A stretch of 64,000 bases of DNA, from assembly GCA_963752285.1 (NCBI GenBank), contig CAVVXN010000001.1, positions 672,001 to 736,000 of the forward strand, written 5' to 3'. This document shows positions 7,850 to 15,967 of this stretch, in pieces. Each line of letters opens with the position of its first letter. The first letter of the stretch is position 1. The DNA comes from an uncultured Planctomycetota bacterium. GTDB taxonomy: Bacteria; Planctomycetota; PLA2; JAEUHO01. The notes beneath the pieces are model-generated. The model saw only the letters and a program-made list of their open reading frames with translations. It searched no databases and was not told the DNA's origin. Position numbers and translations under genes: made by a program.

Positions 7850-9104
7850 CCGATTGAGGGCCCGCGCCGGCGGCGGACGCTGCCGCCGCCCCGCCGGCCA
7901 CCCAGCCGCTCGACCACGCCCACTGGAAGTTGAAGCCCCCGATCCGGCCGTCCACGTCGAGGATCTCCCCGGCCAGGAAGAGCCCCGGCCGGACCCGACT
8001 CTCCATCCGGTCCAGGTGGACCTCCCCGAGCGGGACACCGCCCGCCGTCGCCTCGGCGTACGCCCAGCCCCGCGGGCCCACGACGGGCAGCGCCGACGCC
8101 ACGAGCGCGCCCGCGAGGCGGCGGCGCCCCTCCCGGGGGAGGTTCGCCGACCGCTGGTCGGGCCCGACGCCCGCCTCGGCGAGCAGCGCCTCGGCGAGAC
8201 GCCGCGGGAGCCGCGTCTGGAGCCGGGAGAGGAGCCGGTCGCCGCCGCCCTCGGCGAGCCATCGCTCGACCGAAGGCGCGGTCTCGCCGGGGAGCCAGGA
8301 CGCCACGAGCCGCGCGGCGGGGTCGTCCTCGCGGGCGTCGATCCACCAGCGGCTCACGTCGAGCACCGCGGGTCCGCTCAGCCCGAAGTGGGTCAGCAGC
8401 ACGGGACCCTCGAAGCGGACGAGCGCGTGTCCCCGCCCGTCCTCGACCGTCAGGGCCGCGGGCGCGCTCACCCCGCGAAGCCGGGTGTACGGGTGCCCCG
8501 GGGGGAGGAGGAGGGGGACGAGGGCGGGGAAGATCCGCGGCGTCGTCGCGTGGCCGAGGCGGCGCGCGAGCTCGTACCCGTGCCCGTCCGACCCGGTCTC
8601 GGGGACGCTTCGGCCCCCCGTCGTGAGGATGGTCCGCGCGCCGAGGATCCGACCCGCGGGACCTGCGGCGACGAGCCCGCCGTCGCTCGGTTCGAGCGAC
8701 GCGACGCGCCACGGCCACCGGATCTCGACGCCCGCGGACCGCGCGGCCCCGACGAGCGCGTCGAGGACCGTCCGCGCGCGGTTCGTGGACGGGAAGAGCT
8801 TCCCGGTCTCCTCCCGGACCAGCTCCACCCCGATCTCGCGGAAGAACGCGACGGTCCTCCCGACGTCGAAGCGGCCGAGCACCTTGCGGATCGCCGCGCG
8901 CGAGCCGCCCGCGAACCCCGTCTCGTCCACCACGTCGTGCGTGACGTTGCAGCGGCCGCCGCCCGCGATCAGGATCTTCGCGCCCAGCCGTCGCGCCCCG
9001 TCGAGCGCCACGATCCGCGCGCCCGGGCTCTGGCGGCCGGCCGTGATCGCGGCCATGAGCCCGGCCGCGCCGGCTCCCACCACGACGACGTCGGCCCGCT
9101 CCAT
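7842..9104 (-). CDS. HI0933/YhiN (BaiN) family flavoprotein
   Basis: VVVGAGAAGLMAA, KILIAGGGRCNVT, GKLFP, TGGRSVPETGSDGHGY, LLTHFGLSGP, GEILDVDGRIGGFNFQWAWSSG. Confidence 0.93.
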   Translation of the reverse strand: MERADVVVVGAGAAGLMAAITAGRQSPGARIVALDGARRLGAKILIAGGGRCNVTHDVVDETGFAGGSRAAIRKVLGRFDVGRTVAFFREIGVELVREETGKLFPSTNRARTVLDALVGAARSAGVEIRWPWRVASLEPSDGGLVAAGPAGRILGARTILTTGGRSVPETGSDGHGYELARRLGHATTPRIFPALVPLLLPPGHPYTRLRGVSAPAALTVEDGRGHALVRFEGPVLLTHFGLSGPAVLDVSRWWIDAREDDPAARLVASWLPGETAPSVERWLAEGGGDRLLSRLQTRLPRRLAEALLAEAGVGPDQRSANLPREGRRRLAGALVASALPVVGPRGWAYAEATAGGVPLGEVHLDRMESRVRPGLFLAGEILDVDGRIGGFNFQWAWSSGWVAGGAAAASAAGAGPQSVA

Positions 9105-9209
9105 CGCCGGGAGTCTACGGGCGGGTCGCCTCCCGCATGGCCCGCGGCGGGCCGGCCGGGTATGACGGTCGTCTCGCCGCCGGTCGGGTCGGGGGCGCGG
9201 GAGGTCGAG

Positions 9210-10073
9210 ATGGGTGCCGGGACCGTGCTTCCGAGCCGGCGTGCCCGCGTGTGGGGGACGCTCCTCGTCGCGCTCGGGCTCTCGATCGGGCTCCTCCTCT
9301 GGGCGAACGCATCGAGGGGGACCCGCGCGGTGCACCCCGCCGCCGGCCCCGTCGCGCTCTCGTCCGCGCGCCGGCCGATCGTGGTGACGGTCGTGGACGA
9401 GGCGGGGGCCGTCGTGCCGGGCGCAGAGGCCTTCGTCCGCTCCGAGCCGGGCGCGGCCGACGCCCCGGGGACCACCTGGTCGCCCGAGGACGGGCGGCTC
9501 GAGCTCCCGTGGTCGGGCGCGCCGCGGTCCGTGGTGGTCCAGGCGCCGGGCTTCCGGATGCTCCGCGCGGACGACGTGCGCGGAGACCGGCGCCTCGTGC
9601 TGCGCCCGGGCTACGTCGTCCGCCTCCACGTGACCGGCGACGCGGACCGGCCCGCGCCGCCGCTCCACGTGGTCCTGCAGGTCCGCGCGGCCCCGTCGCC
9701 CCCGGAGGGGACGGACGGTGGAGCCCGGGCCCCGACCGAGGCGGACCGTCTCGCGGCCGTGGTCCGCCTGATGGAGCCCGTCGCCCCGCCGACCGAGGGC
9801 ATCCCGCCGCTGCCGCGCGAGGGGTTCGGCATGGCGCTCGACGAGCGCCGGGCGGGCGCGGGCGTGCGCGTTCCCGTCGCGGGACGGTACGTCGTCCGGT
9901 GGGGCCTCCTCGACCAGCGACGCGGTCGTTGGTACTCGCTCCCCGACGGCGCGAGCACCGAGATCGACGTCGCCGACCAGGACGCGCCGCAGGACTTCGA
10001 CGTGCCGGTCACGTCCGAGGCCATCGCGGCGACGAAGAAGGGGCTCGACGCCACGTTCGAGCTCGGGCGCTGA
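9210..10073 (+). CDS. Hypothetical membrane-anchored protein
   Basis: GGAGGT RBS; TM segment VWGTLLVALGLSIGLLLWA; VTVVDEAGAVVPGAEAFV and VQAPGF beta-sandwich-like motifs. Confidence 0.7.
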   Translation: MGAGTVLPSRRARVWGTLLVALGLSIGLLLWANASRGTRAVHPAAGPVALSSARRPIVVTVVDEAGAVVPGAEAFVRSEPGAADAPGTTWSPEDGRLELPWSGAPRSVVVQAPGFRMLRADDVRGDRRLVLRPGYVVRLHVTGDADRPAPPLHVVLQVRAAPSPPEGTDGGARAPTEADRLAAVVRLMEPVAPPTEGIPPLPREGFGMALDERRAGAGVRVPVAGRYVVRWGLLDQRRGRWYSLPDGASTEIDVADQDAPQDFDVPVTSEAIAATKKGLDATFELGR

Positions 10074-10076
10074 ACG

Positions 10077-11810
10077 GTGCGCCAGTCGAGGGCGTTCCTC
10101 CAGACGCTCCGCGCCGCGCCGGCCGACGCCGAGGTGCCGAGCCACGTGCTCCTCGCGCGCGCGGGGTTCGTGCACAAGGTCGCGTCGGGGATCTACGACT
10201 ACCTGCCGCCGCTCGTGCGCGTGCTCGCGAAGATCGAGCGGATCGTGCGCGAGGCGATGGACGCCGCCGGCGGTCAGGAGATGCACCTGCCCGTGCTCCA
10301 GCCGAAGGAGCTCTGGGAGGCGAGCGGTCGCTGGGAGCGCTACGTCGCCGACGAGATCCTGTTCCGCCTCGAGGACCGGCGCGGCGCGACGCTCTGCCTG
10401 GGCCCCACGCACGAGGAGGTCGTGACGCGGCTCGTGGGGGACAAGGTGTCGTCGTACCGGCAGCTGCCGCTGCTCCTCTACCAGATCCAGACGAAGATGC
10501 GCGACGAGATCCGCCCGCGCTTCGGGCTGATGCGCGGGCGCGAGTTCCTGATGAAGGACGCGTATTCGTTCGACGTGGACCTCGCCGGGCTTTGCGCGTC
10601 CTACGACGCGATGGACGCGGCGTACCGCCGGGTGTTCGAGCGCTGCGGGCTCGCGTTCCTCTCGGTCGAGGCCGACGCCGGCGCGATCGGCGGGGCGGGG
10701 CGGAGCGAGGAGTTCATGGTCCTCGCCGACACGGGCGAGGACGAGATCCTCCACTGCGAGGCGTGCGGCTACGGCGCGAACGTCGAGAAGGCCTCGAGCC
10801 GCGTCTCGCCCGCGCCCGACGGCGGCGCGCCGCGGCCGCTTTGCCGCGTCGCGACGCCGAACGTGCGCTCCGTGGAGGAGCTTCACGGGTTCTTCCCCGA
10901 CGTCCCCCCGGCGCGGATGGTCAAGACGCTCTGCTACGCCGCGCGGTACGGCGACCGCGTCGAGGACGTCGCGGTGTTGATCCGGGGCGACCTCGCCCTG
11001 AACGAGGTGAAGCTCGTGAACGCGCTCGGCGCCCTCGCCGTCTCGCTCGCCGACGACGAGCAGGTGCGGCGGATGACGGGCGCCGAGCCGGGGTTCGCCG
11101 GCCCCGTCGGGCTCGCGGCACACGTGCGCCTCCTCGCCGACGCGACCGTCGAGGGCATGACGAACGTGCTCGCGGGCGGCTGCGAGACCGACGTCCACTG
11201 CCTCGACGTGAACCTCGGCCGCGACGTCGCGCGCCCGCCCTTCGCCGACCTGAAGGCCGCGCGGGCGGGCGAGGGCTGTCCCTCGTGCGGCGCCCCGCTC
11301 CTCTCGGCGCGCGGGATCGAGGTGGGACACATCTTCATGCTCGGGACGAAGTACAGCGAGAAGATGGGCGCGACGTTCGCCGCCGAGGACGGGAAGAGCC
11401 TGCCGTTCGTGATGGGCTGCTACGGGATCGGGGTGAGCCGCATCGCGGCCGCGACCGTCGAGCAGCACCACGACGACGCCGGCATCGTCTGGCCGGCCTC
11501 GATCGCACCCTGGCACGCGCACGTCCTCTGCCTCTCGCCCCGGGACGAGCGCCAGGCCGCGCTCGCCGAGCGCCTCCTCGGAGAGCTCGAGGCGGCGGGC
11601 GTCGAGACCCTCCTCGACGACCGCGAGGTCTCGGCCGGCATCAAGTTCAAGGACGCGGACCTCGTGGGGATCCCCTTCCGGGTCGTCGTCGGCCGCCTCG
11701 CCGGCGAGGGAAAGGTCGAGCTCCAGGCCCGGGCGGGCGGCGAGAAGGAGGTCGTGTCGGCCGTGGACCTCGCGGCGCGCGTCCGGGCGCGTCTCGCCGC
11801 CTCCGTGTAG
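10077..11810 (+). CDS. proS: Proline--tRNA ligase (bacterial type with INS editing domain)
   Basis: LGPTHEE, RDEIRPRFGLMRGREFLMKDAYSF, RGIEVGHIFMLGTKYS, MGCYGIGVSR, KFKDADLVGIP. Confidence 0.98.
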   Translation: MRQSRAFLQTLRAAPADAEVPSHVLLARAGFVHKVASGIYDYLPPLVRVLAKIERIVREAMDAAGGQEMHLPVLQPKELWEASGRWERYVADEILFRLEDRRGATLCLGPTHEEVVTRLVGDKVSSYRQLPLLLYQIQTKMRDEIRPRFGLMRGREFLMKDAYSFDVDLAGLCASYDAMDAAYRRVFERCGLAFLSVEADAGAIGGAGRSEEFMVLADTGEDEILHCEACGYGANVEKASSRVSPAPDGGAPRPLCRVATPNVRSVEELHGFFPDVPPARMVKTLCYAARYGDRVEDVAVLIRGDLALNEVKLVNALGALAVSLADDEQVRRMTGAEPGFAGPVGLAAHVRLLADATVEGMTNVLAGGCETDVHCLDVNLGRDVARPPFADLKAARAGEGCPSCGAPLLSARGIEVGHIFMLGTKYSEKMGATFAAEDGKSLPFVMGCYGIGVSRIAAATVEQHHDDAGIVWPASIAPWHAHVLCLSPRDERQAALAERLLGELEAAGVETLLDDREVSAGIKFKDADLVGIPFRVVVGRLAGEGKVELQARAGGEKEVVSAVDLAARVRARLAASV

Positions 11811-11838
11811 CCGCGCCGCGCGGCGTTCCCGACGCGCG

Positions 11839-13656
11839 TCACTTCTCGGTGGCGCGGACCTGGAGCTCGTAGAGCCGGCGGTACATCCCGTTCTGGCGGA
11901 GCAGGGCGTGGTGGTCGCCGCGCTCGCGGATCCGGCCGTGGTGGAGGACGAGGATCTGGTCGGCGTTCCGGATCGTCGAGAGCCGGTGCGCCACGACGAT
12001 CGTCGTGCGGCCGCGCCGCAGGGTCTCGAGCGCGTCCTGGATCAGGAGCTCCGTCTCCGTGTCGATCGACGACGTGGCCTCGTCGAGCACGAGGATCGCC
12101 GGGTCGTGGACCAGGGCCCGGGCGAAGGCGAGGAGCTGGCGCTCGCCCACCGAGAAGTTGACGCCCCGCTCCTGGACGTCGTGGTCGAGGCCCTGGGGGA
12201 GGCGCGCCACGATCCGGTCGGCGTGGACCGCGCGGATCGCGTCCTCGACGCGCGCGCGCGGGATGTGGTCGTCGAAGAGCCGGATGTTGTCGAGCACCGT
12301 GCCGCGGAACAGGAACACGTCCTGGAGCACGACCGCGACGTGGCGCCGGAGCGCGCGCTGCGGGACCGTGCGCACGTCCACGCCGTCCACGAGGACCCTT
12401 CCGGTCTTCACGTCGTAGAACCGGCTGATCAGCGAGAGGATGCTCGACTTCCCCGCGCCCGTCGGGCCGACCAGCGCCAAGGTCGTGCCCGGCGTGGCGT
12501 CGAACGACACGCCCGTGAGCACGGGCTCGTCGGGCTTGTACGAGAAGCCGACGTCCTCGAACGTCACGCGCCCCGCGACGGAGGGCAGCGGCGTCGCGTC
12601 CGGCAGGTCCCGCACCTCCGGCACCGCGTCGGCGATCTTGAACACGCGCTCGCCCGACACGATGGCCTGGAGCATCATGTTCAGGTTCTCGGAGAGCGCG
12701 CGGATCGGCTCGAAGAAGCGGTCGATCAGCAGGTAGAACTGGATGAACTCGCCGACGGTGAACGAACCGCCCGCGATGCCCGACGCGCCGAACCCGAGCA
12801 CGAGCGCCACGTCCAGGGCGGAGAGGACGTCCACGGCGGGGAAGAAGAACGCGAAGTTGTAGACGGTGGCCATGTGGGCCTTGCGAAGGCGCTCCACGTG
12901 GTCGTCGTACCGCTCCCGCGCGTGCCGCTCGCGCTGGAACAGGCGCGTCACGCGCACGCCGCCGATCGCCTCGGTCGTGAACGCGTTCGTGGACGCGACC
13001 TCGGCGCGGACCCATCCGAAGGCCCGCCGGCTGCGACGCGTGAAGATCCAGGCCACGCCGATCAGGAGCGGCATCACGATCAGGACGAGCAGCGCGAGGC
13101 GCGCGTTCACGAGGAAGAGGACGCCCAGGATCAGCACGAGCTTCAGGGCGTCGTGGAAGACGGCCGCCACGCCCGACTGGAAGAACTCCTCGATCGCCTC
13201 GATGTCGCCCGTCACCCGGGTCGTGAGGACGCCCACGGGGTGCTTGTCGAAGAACGCGAGGCCCATGCGCTGGATGCGCGCGAACACGTCCTGGCGGAGG
13301 CTCATCCCGATCTCGCGTCCCGCGCGGACCGCGAGGAGCACTTGCCAGCCCCGGACGAGGCTTCCGAGCGCGAGGACGCCGAGGAACGCGCCCCCGAGGA
13401 GGAGGAGCCGGCCGTGCGCGCCCCCGGGCACGGGCAGCCCCCTCTGGAGCGCGTCCCAGGCCGTCCCGATCGGGCCGTCCACCGTCATCTTCGCGATCTG
13501 GGGCATCAGCAGGTCCACGCCGGCGAGGAGCACCATCGTGCCCACGCTCCACGCGACGAGCCCGCGGTGCCGCCCGACGTACGCGAGGAGGCGCGCGAGC
13601 GTCCGGAGCGGCGCCTCGAAGGGCGGCGGCGGCGGCGGCGCGGCCGCCGCGCTCAC
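11839..13656 (-). CDS. ABC exporter, fused TMD-NBD (heterodimer subunit, MdlB/YheH-like)
   Basis: TM domain; GPTGAGKSS; degenerate signature FSVGERQ; ILVLDEATS; AHRLST; GTG overlaps the upstream TGA. Confidence 0.93.
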   Translation of the reverse strand: MSAAAAPPPPPPFEAPLRTLARLLAYVGRHRGLVAWSVGTMVLLAGVDLLMPQIAKMTVDGPIGTAWDALQRGLPVPGGAHGRLLLLGGAFLGVLALGSLVRGWQVLLAVRAGREIGMSLRQDVFARIQRMGLAFFDKHPVGVLTTRVTGDIEAIEEFFQSGVAAVFHDALKLVLILGVLFLVNARLALLVLIVMPLLIGVAWIFTRRSRRAFGWVRAEVASTNAFTTEAIGGVRVTRLFQRERHARERYDDHVERLRKAHMATVYNFAFFFPAVDVLSALDVALVLGFGASGIAGGSFTVGEFIQFYLLIDRFFEPIRALSENLNMMLQAIVSGERVFKIADAVPEVRDLPDATPLPSVAGRVTFEDVGFSYKPDEPVLTGVSFDATPGTTLALVGPTGAGKSSILSLISRFYDVKTGRVLVDGVDVRTVPQRALRRHVAVVLQDVFLFRGTVLDNIRLFDDHIPRARVEDAIRAVHADRIVARLPQGLDHDVQERGVNFSVGERQLLAFARALVHDPAILVLDEATSSIDTETELLIQDALETLRRGRTTIVVAHRLSTIRNADQILVLHHGRIRERGDHHALLRQNGMYRRLYELQVRATEK

Positions 13657-15419
13657 GTGAGGTCCTCCATCTCGGCCTGGAGGCGCTGGTTCGCGTACGT
13701 GCGCGCGTACCACCCGCCCTCCCGGAGCAGCGCCTCGTGCGTGCCCGACTCCACGACCCGGCCCTCGTCGAGGACGAAGATCCGCGAGGCGTCGCGCACG
13801 GTCGAGAGACGGTGCGCGACGATCACGACCGTTCGCCTTCCCATCTCGCTCTGGAGCCGGTCGAGGATCCTCGCCTCGGTGTGCGTGTCCACCGAGGAGA
13901 GCGCGTCGTCGAGGAGGAGCACCGGCGCGGGACGGAGCAGCGCGCGGGCCAGGGTGGCCCGCTGCTTCTGTCCGCCCGACAGGGTGATCCCGCGCTCGCC
14001 GACGATCGTGTCGAGCCCGCGCGGGAACGCCTGCAGGTCGGCCTCGAGCCCCGCCGCGCTCGCCGAGACCATCGCGCGTTCGGGCAGGAGCACCCCCTCG
14101 ACCGCGTACCCGAGGTTGCCCTGGAGCGTGTCGGAGAAGAGGAACGCGTCCTGGGGCACGGAGGAGAACGCCTCGCGCAGGCGGTCCAGCGGGATCCGCG
14201 TGACGTCCACGTCGTCGAGGAACACCGTGGCGGCCGGCGGCTCGTAGAGCCGCGTGAAGAGGTCGAGGACCGTGCTCTTCCCCCCGCCCACCGGGCCCAC
14301 CAGCGCGACCGTGGCCCCGGCGGGGATCTCTAGGCTCACGTCCGAGAGGGCCGGCGCCTCGGTGCCGGGATAGGCGAAGGTCAGACGTTCGACGCGGAGC
14401 GCGCCCCGGATCCGCTCCGGTCGCACCGGCGGGGACGTCGGCGCGTCCACCTCGACGGGCTCGGAGAAGATCTCGTCGATGCGCTGGATCGCGGCGGTGG
14501 CGCGTTGGAGCGCCGACACCACCCAGCCGACGCTGATCATCGGCCAGATCAGCATCCCGACGTACGCGAGGAACGCGACCAGGTCACCCCGGCCGAGGGA
14601 CCCGTCCATGACGAGCGAGCCCCCGTAGACCAGGACGATGAGCTCGGCGAGGGCGCCGAGCGCGTAGATGGTCCCGGTCAGCCACGAGCGTTGCCGGGCG
14701 AGCCCGATCGTCTCCTCGAGGAGCTCGCGGTTCGCGCGCGAGAACGCCGAGATCTCGACGTCCTCGGTGGCGAAGGCGCGGACCACGCGGGCGCCGGCGA
14801 AGCTCTCCTGGGCGCGCGCCGAGAGGTCGCCGATGCGGTCCTGCACCGCGCGCGAGCGGCGCATGACGCCGGGCGCGAGGACACGCACCACGCCCATGAT
14901 GCCCAGGAGGGGCACGAGGGCCGCGGCGCTCACCGCGACCGACAGCCCGGCCATGGCGAGCAGCGCCAGCGGGAAGAGGACGACCGTGCTCGCGATGTAC
15001 ATCGGGCCCGGCCCGACGACCCAGCGCACGGCCTCGACGTCGCTCGTGAGCCGGGAGAGGAGGTCGCCCGTCCGCATGCGGTCGAACGCCGCCGCGGGGA
15101 GGCGTTCGACGTGCCCGAAGAGGTCCTGCTTCAGGTCGCGCTCGACGTAGCGCGAGGTCCCGATCAGGAGGAGTCGCTGGATCCAGGTGAGGAGCCCCGC
15201 CCCGGCGCTCACCGCGAAGAAGGTGACGGCCGCGCCCCGGGCGCCCGCGACCGCGTCCGGCCCCCCCTTCTCCAGGTACTGGAGCGCGCGCCGGAGCAGG
15301 AGCGGCGCGTACACCATCAGGACCCGGCTCCCGACCACGCACGCGAGGCCCACGGCCAGCGCGCGGCCGTGCCGGGGGAGGTAGCGGAGCACCCGGCGGT
15401 ACGGTCGGGATCGCTCCAC
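13653..15419 (-). CDS. ABC exporter, fused TMD-NBD (heterodimer subunit, MdlA/YheI-like)
   Basis: GPVGGGKST; LSGGQKQR; degenerate Walker B LLLDDALSSVD; AHRLST; AGGAGG RBS. Confidence 0.93.
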   Translation of the reverse strand: MERSRPYRRVLRYLPRHGRALAVGLACVVGSRVLMVYAPLLLRRALQYLEKGGPDAVAGARGAAVTFFAVSAGAGLLTWIQRLLLIGTSRYVERDLKQDLFGHVERLPAAAFDRMRTGDLLSRLTSDVEAVRWVVGPGPMYIASTVVLFPLALLAMAGLSVAVSAAALVPLLGIMGVVRVLAPGVMRRSRAVQDRIGDLSARAQESFAGARVVRAFATEDVEISAFSRANRELLEETIGLARQRSWLTGTIYALGALAELIVLVYGGSLVMDGSLGRGDLVAFLAYVGMLIWPMISVGWVVSALQRATAAIQRIDEIFSEPVEVDAPTSPPVRPERIRGALRVERLTFAYPGTEAPALSDVSLEIPAGATVALVGPVGGGKSTVLDLFTRLYEPPAATVFLDDVDVTRIPLDRLREAFSSVPQDAFLFSDTLQGNLGYAVEGVLLPERAMVSASAAGLEADLQAFPRGLDTIVGERGITLSGGQKQRATLARALLRPAPVLLLDDALSSVDTHTEARILDRLQSEMGRRTVVIVAHRLSTVRDASRIFVLDEGRVVESGTHEALLREGGWYARTYANQRLQAEMEDLT

Positions 15420-15835
15420 GCCTCGCTCCTCCTGCCCCGCGGCGCGCCCGGCCGCCCGGGGCGCCGCCCACGCCACCTCGCTCGGCCGGCCGGGGGCCGC
15501 GCGGGGCGCTTCGAACGGCGCGCCCCGGACCGGGCCGGGGGGCCGAGGTTCCCGGGCGCGCGCGCCAAGGGTACGTGGTCGGCGGGGACAGGGCGAAGTC
15601 GGGGACGCGGGTGTGCGCCGTCGCACGTCGGGTGGGGCCGCACGGCCGGGGGCGCGTGCGCCGCGTTCCGGCGGCGAGCCCTAAGCGACCCGAGGACAAG
15701 CAGTTGGGATGAGGTGCCGGTGCCTTCTCGCAGATGGCATGGCGCTTGTTGTTCGAGGGGCGAGGTTCGGCGTCCCTAGTTCCTGAAGACAACCCCCTTT
15801 TTCCGTAGCCCAAAGCCCCAAATGCCGGATCTCGA

Positions 15836-15877
15836 CGGGGGAGACGAGCTCGGGCTCGTCTCCCCCGATTTCTTTCC
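15836..15877 (+). terminator. Intrinsic terminator-like hairpin
   Basis: 14-bp perfect stem CGGGGGAGACGAGC-TCGG-GCTCGTCTCCCCCG followed by ATTTCTTT on the + strand. Confidence 0.7.
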
Positions 15878-15967
15878 GGCGCGAACGACCGCGCGCGGGG
15901 GACGGGAGGCCGGGGCGCGCGCGTCGCGCCCCGGAGGGAAGGGGGGGATGCCGCGGGGACCGCGGGG

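Noticed and set aside
10071..10079. Selenocysteine or readthrough fusion at the in-frame TGA before proS (and at 37761-37763), prompted by selA
   Set aside because: No redox-motif context or recognisable SECIS, and the downstream genes are complete families on their own.
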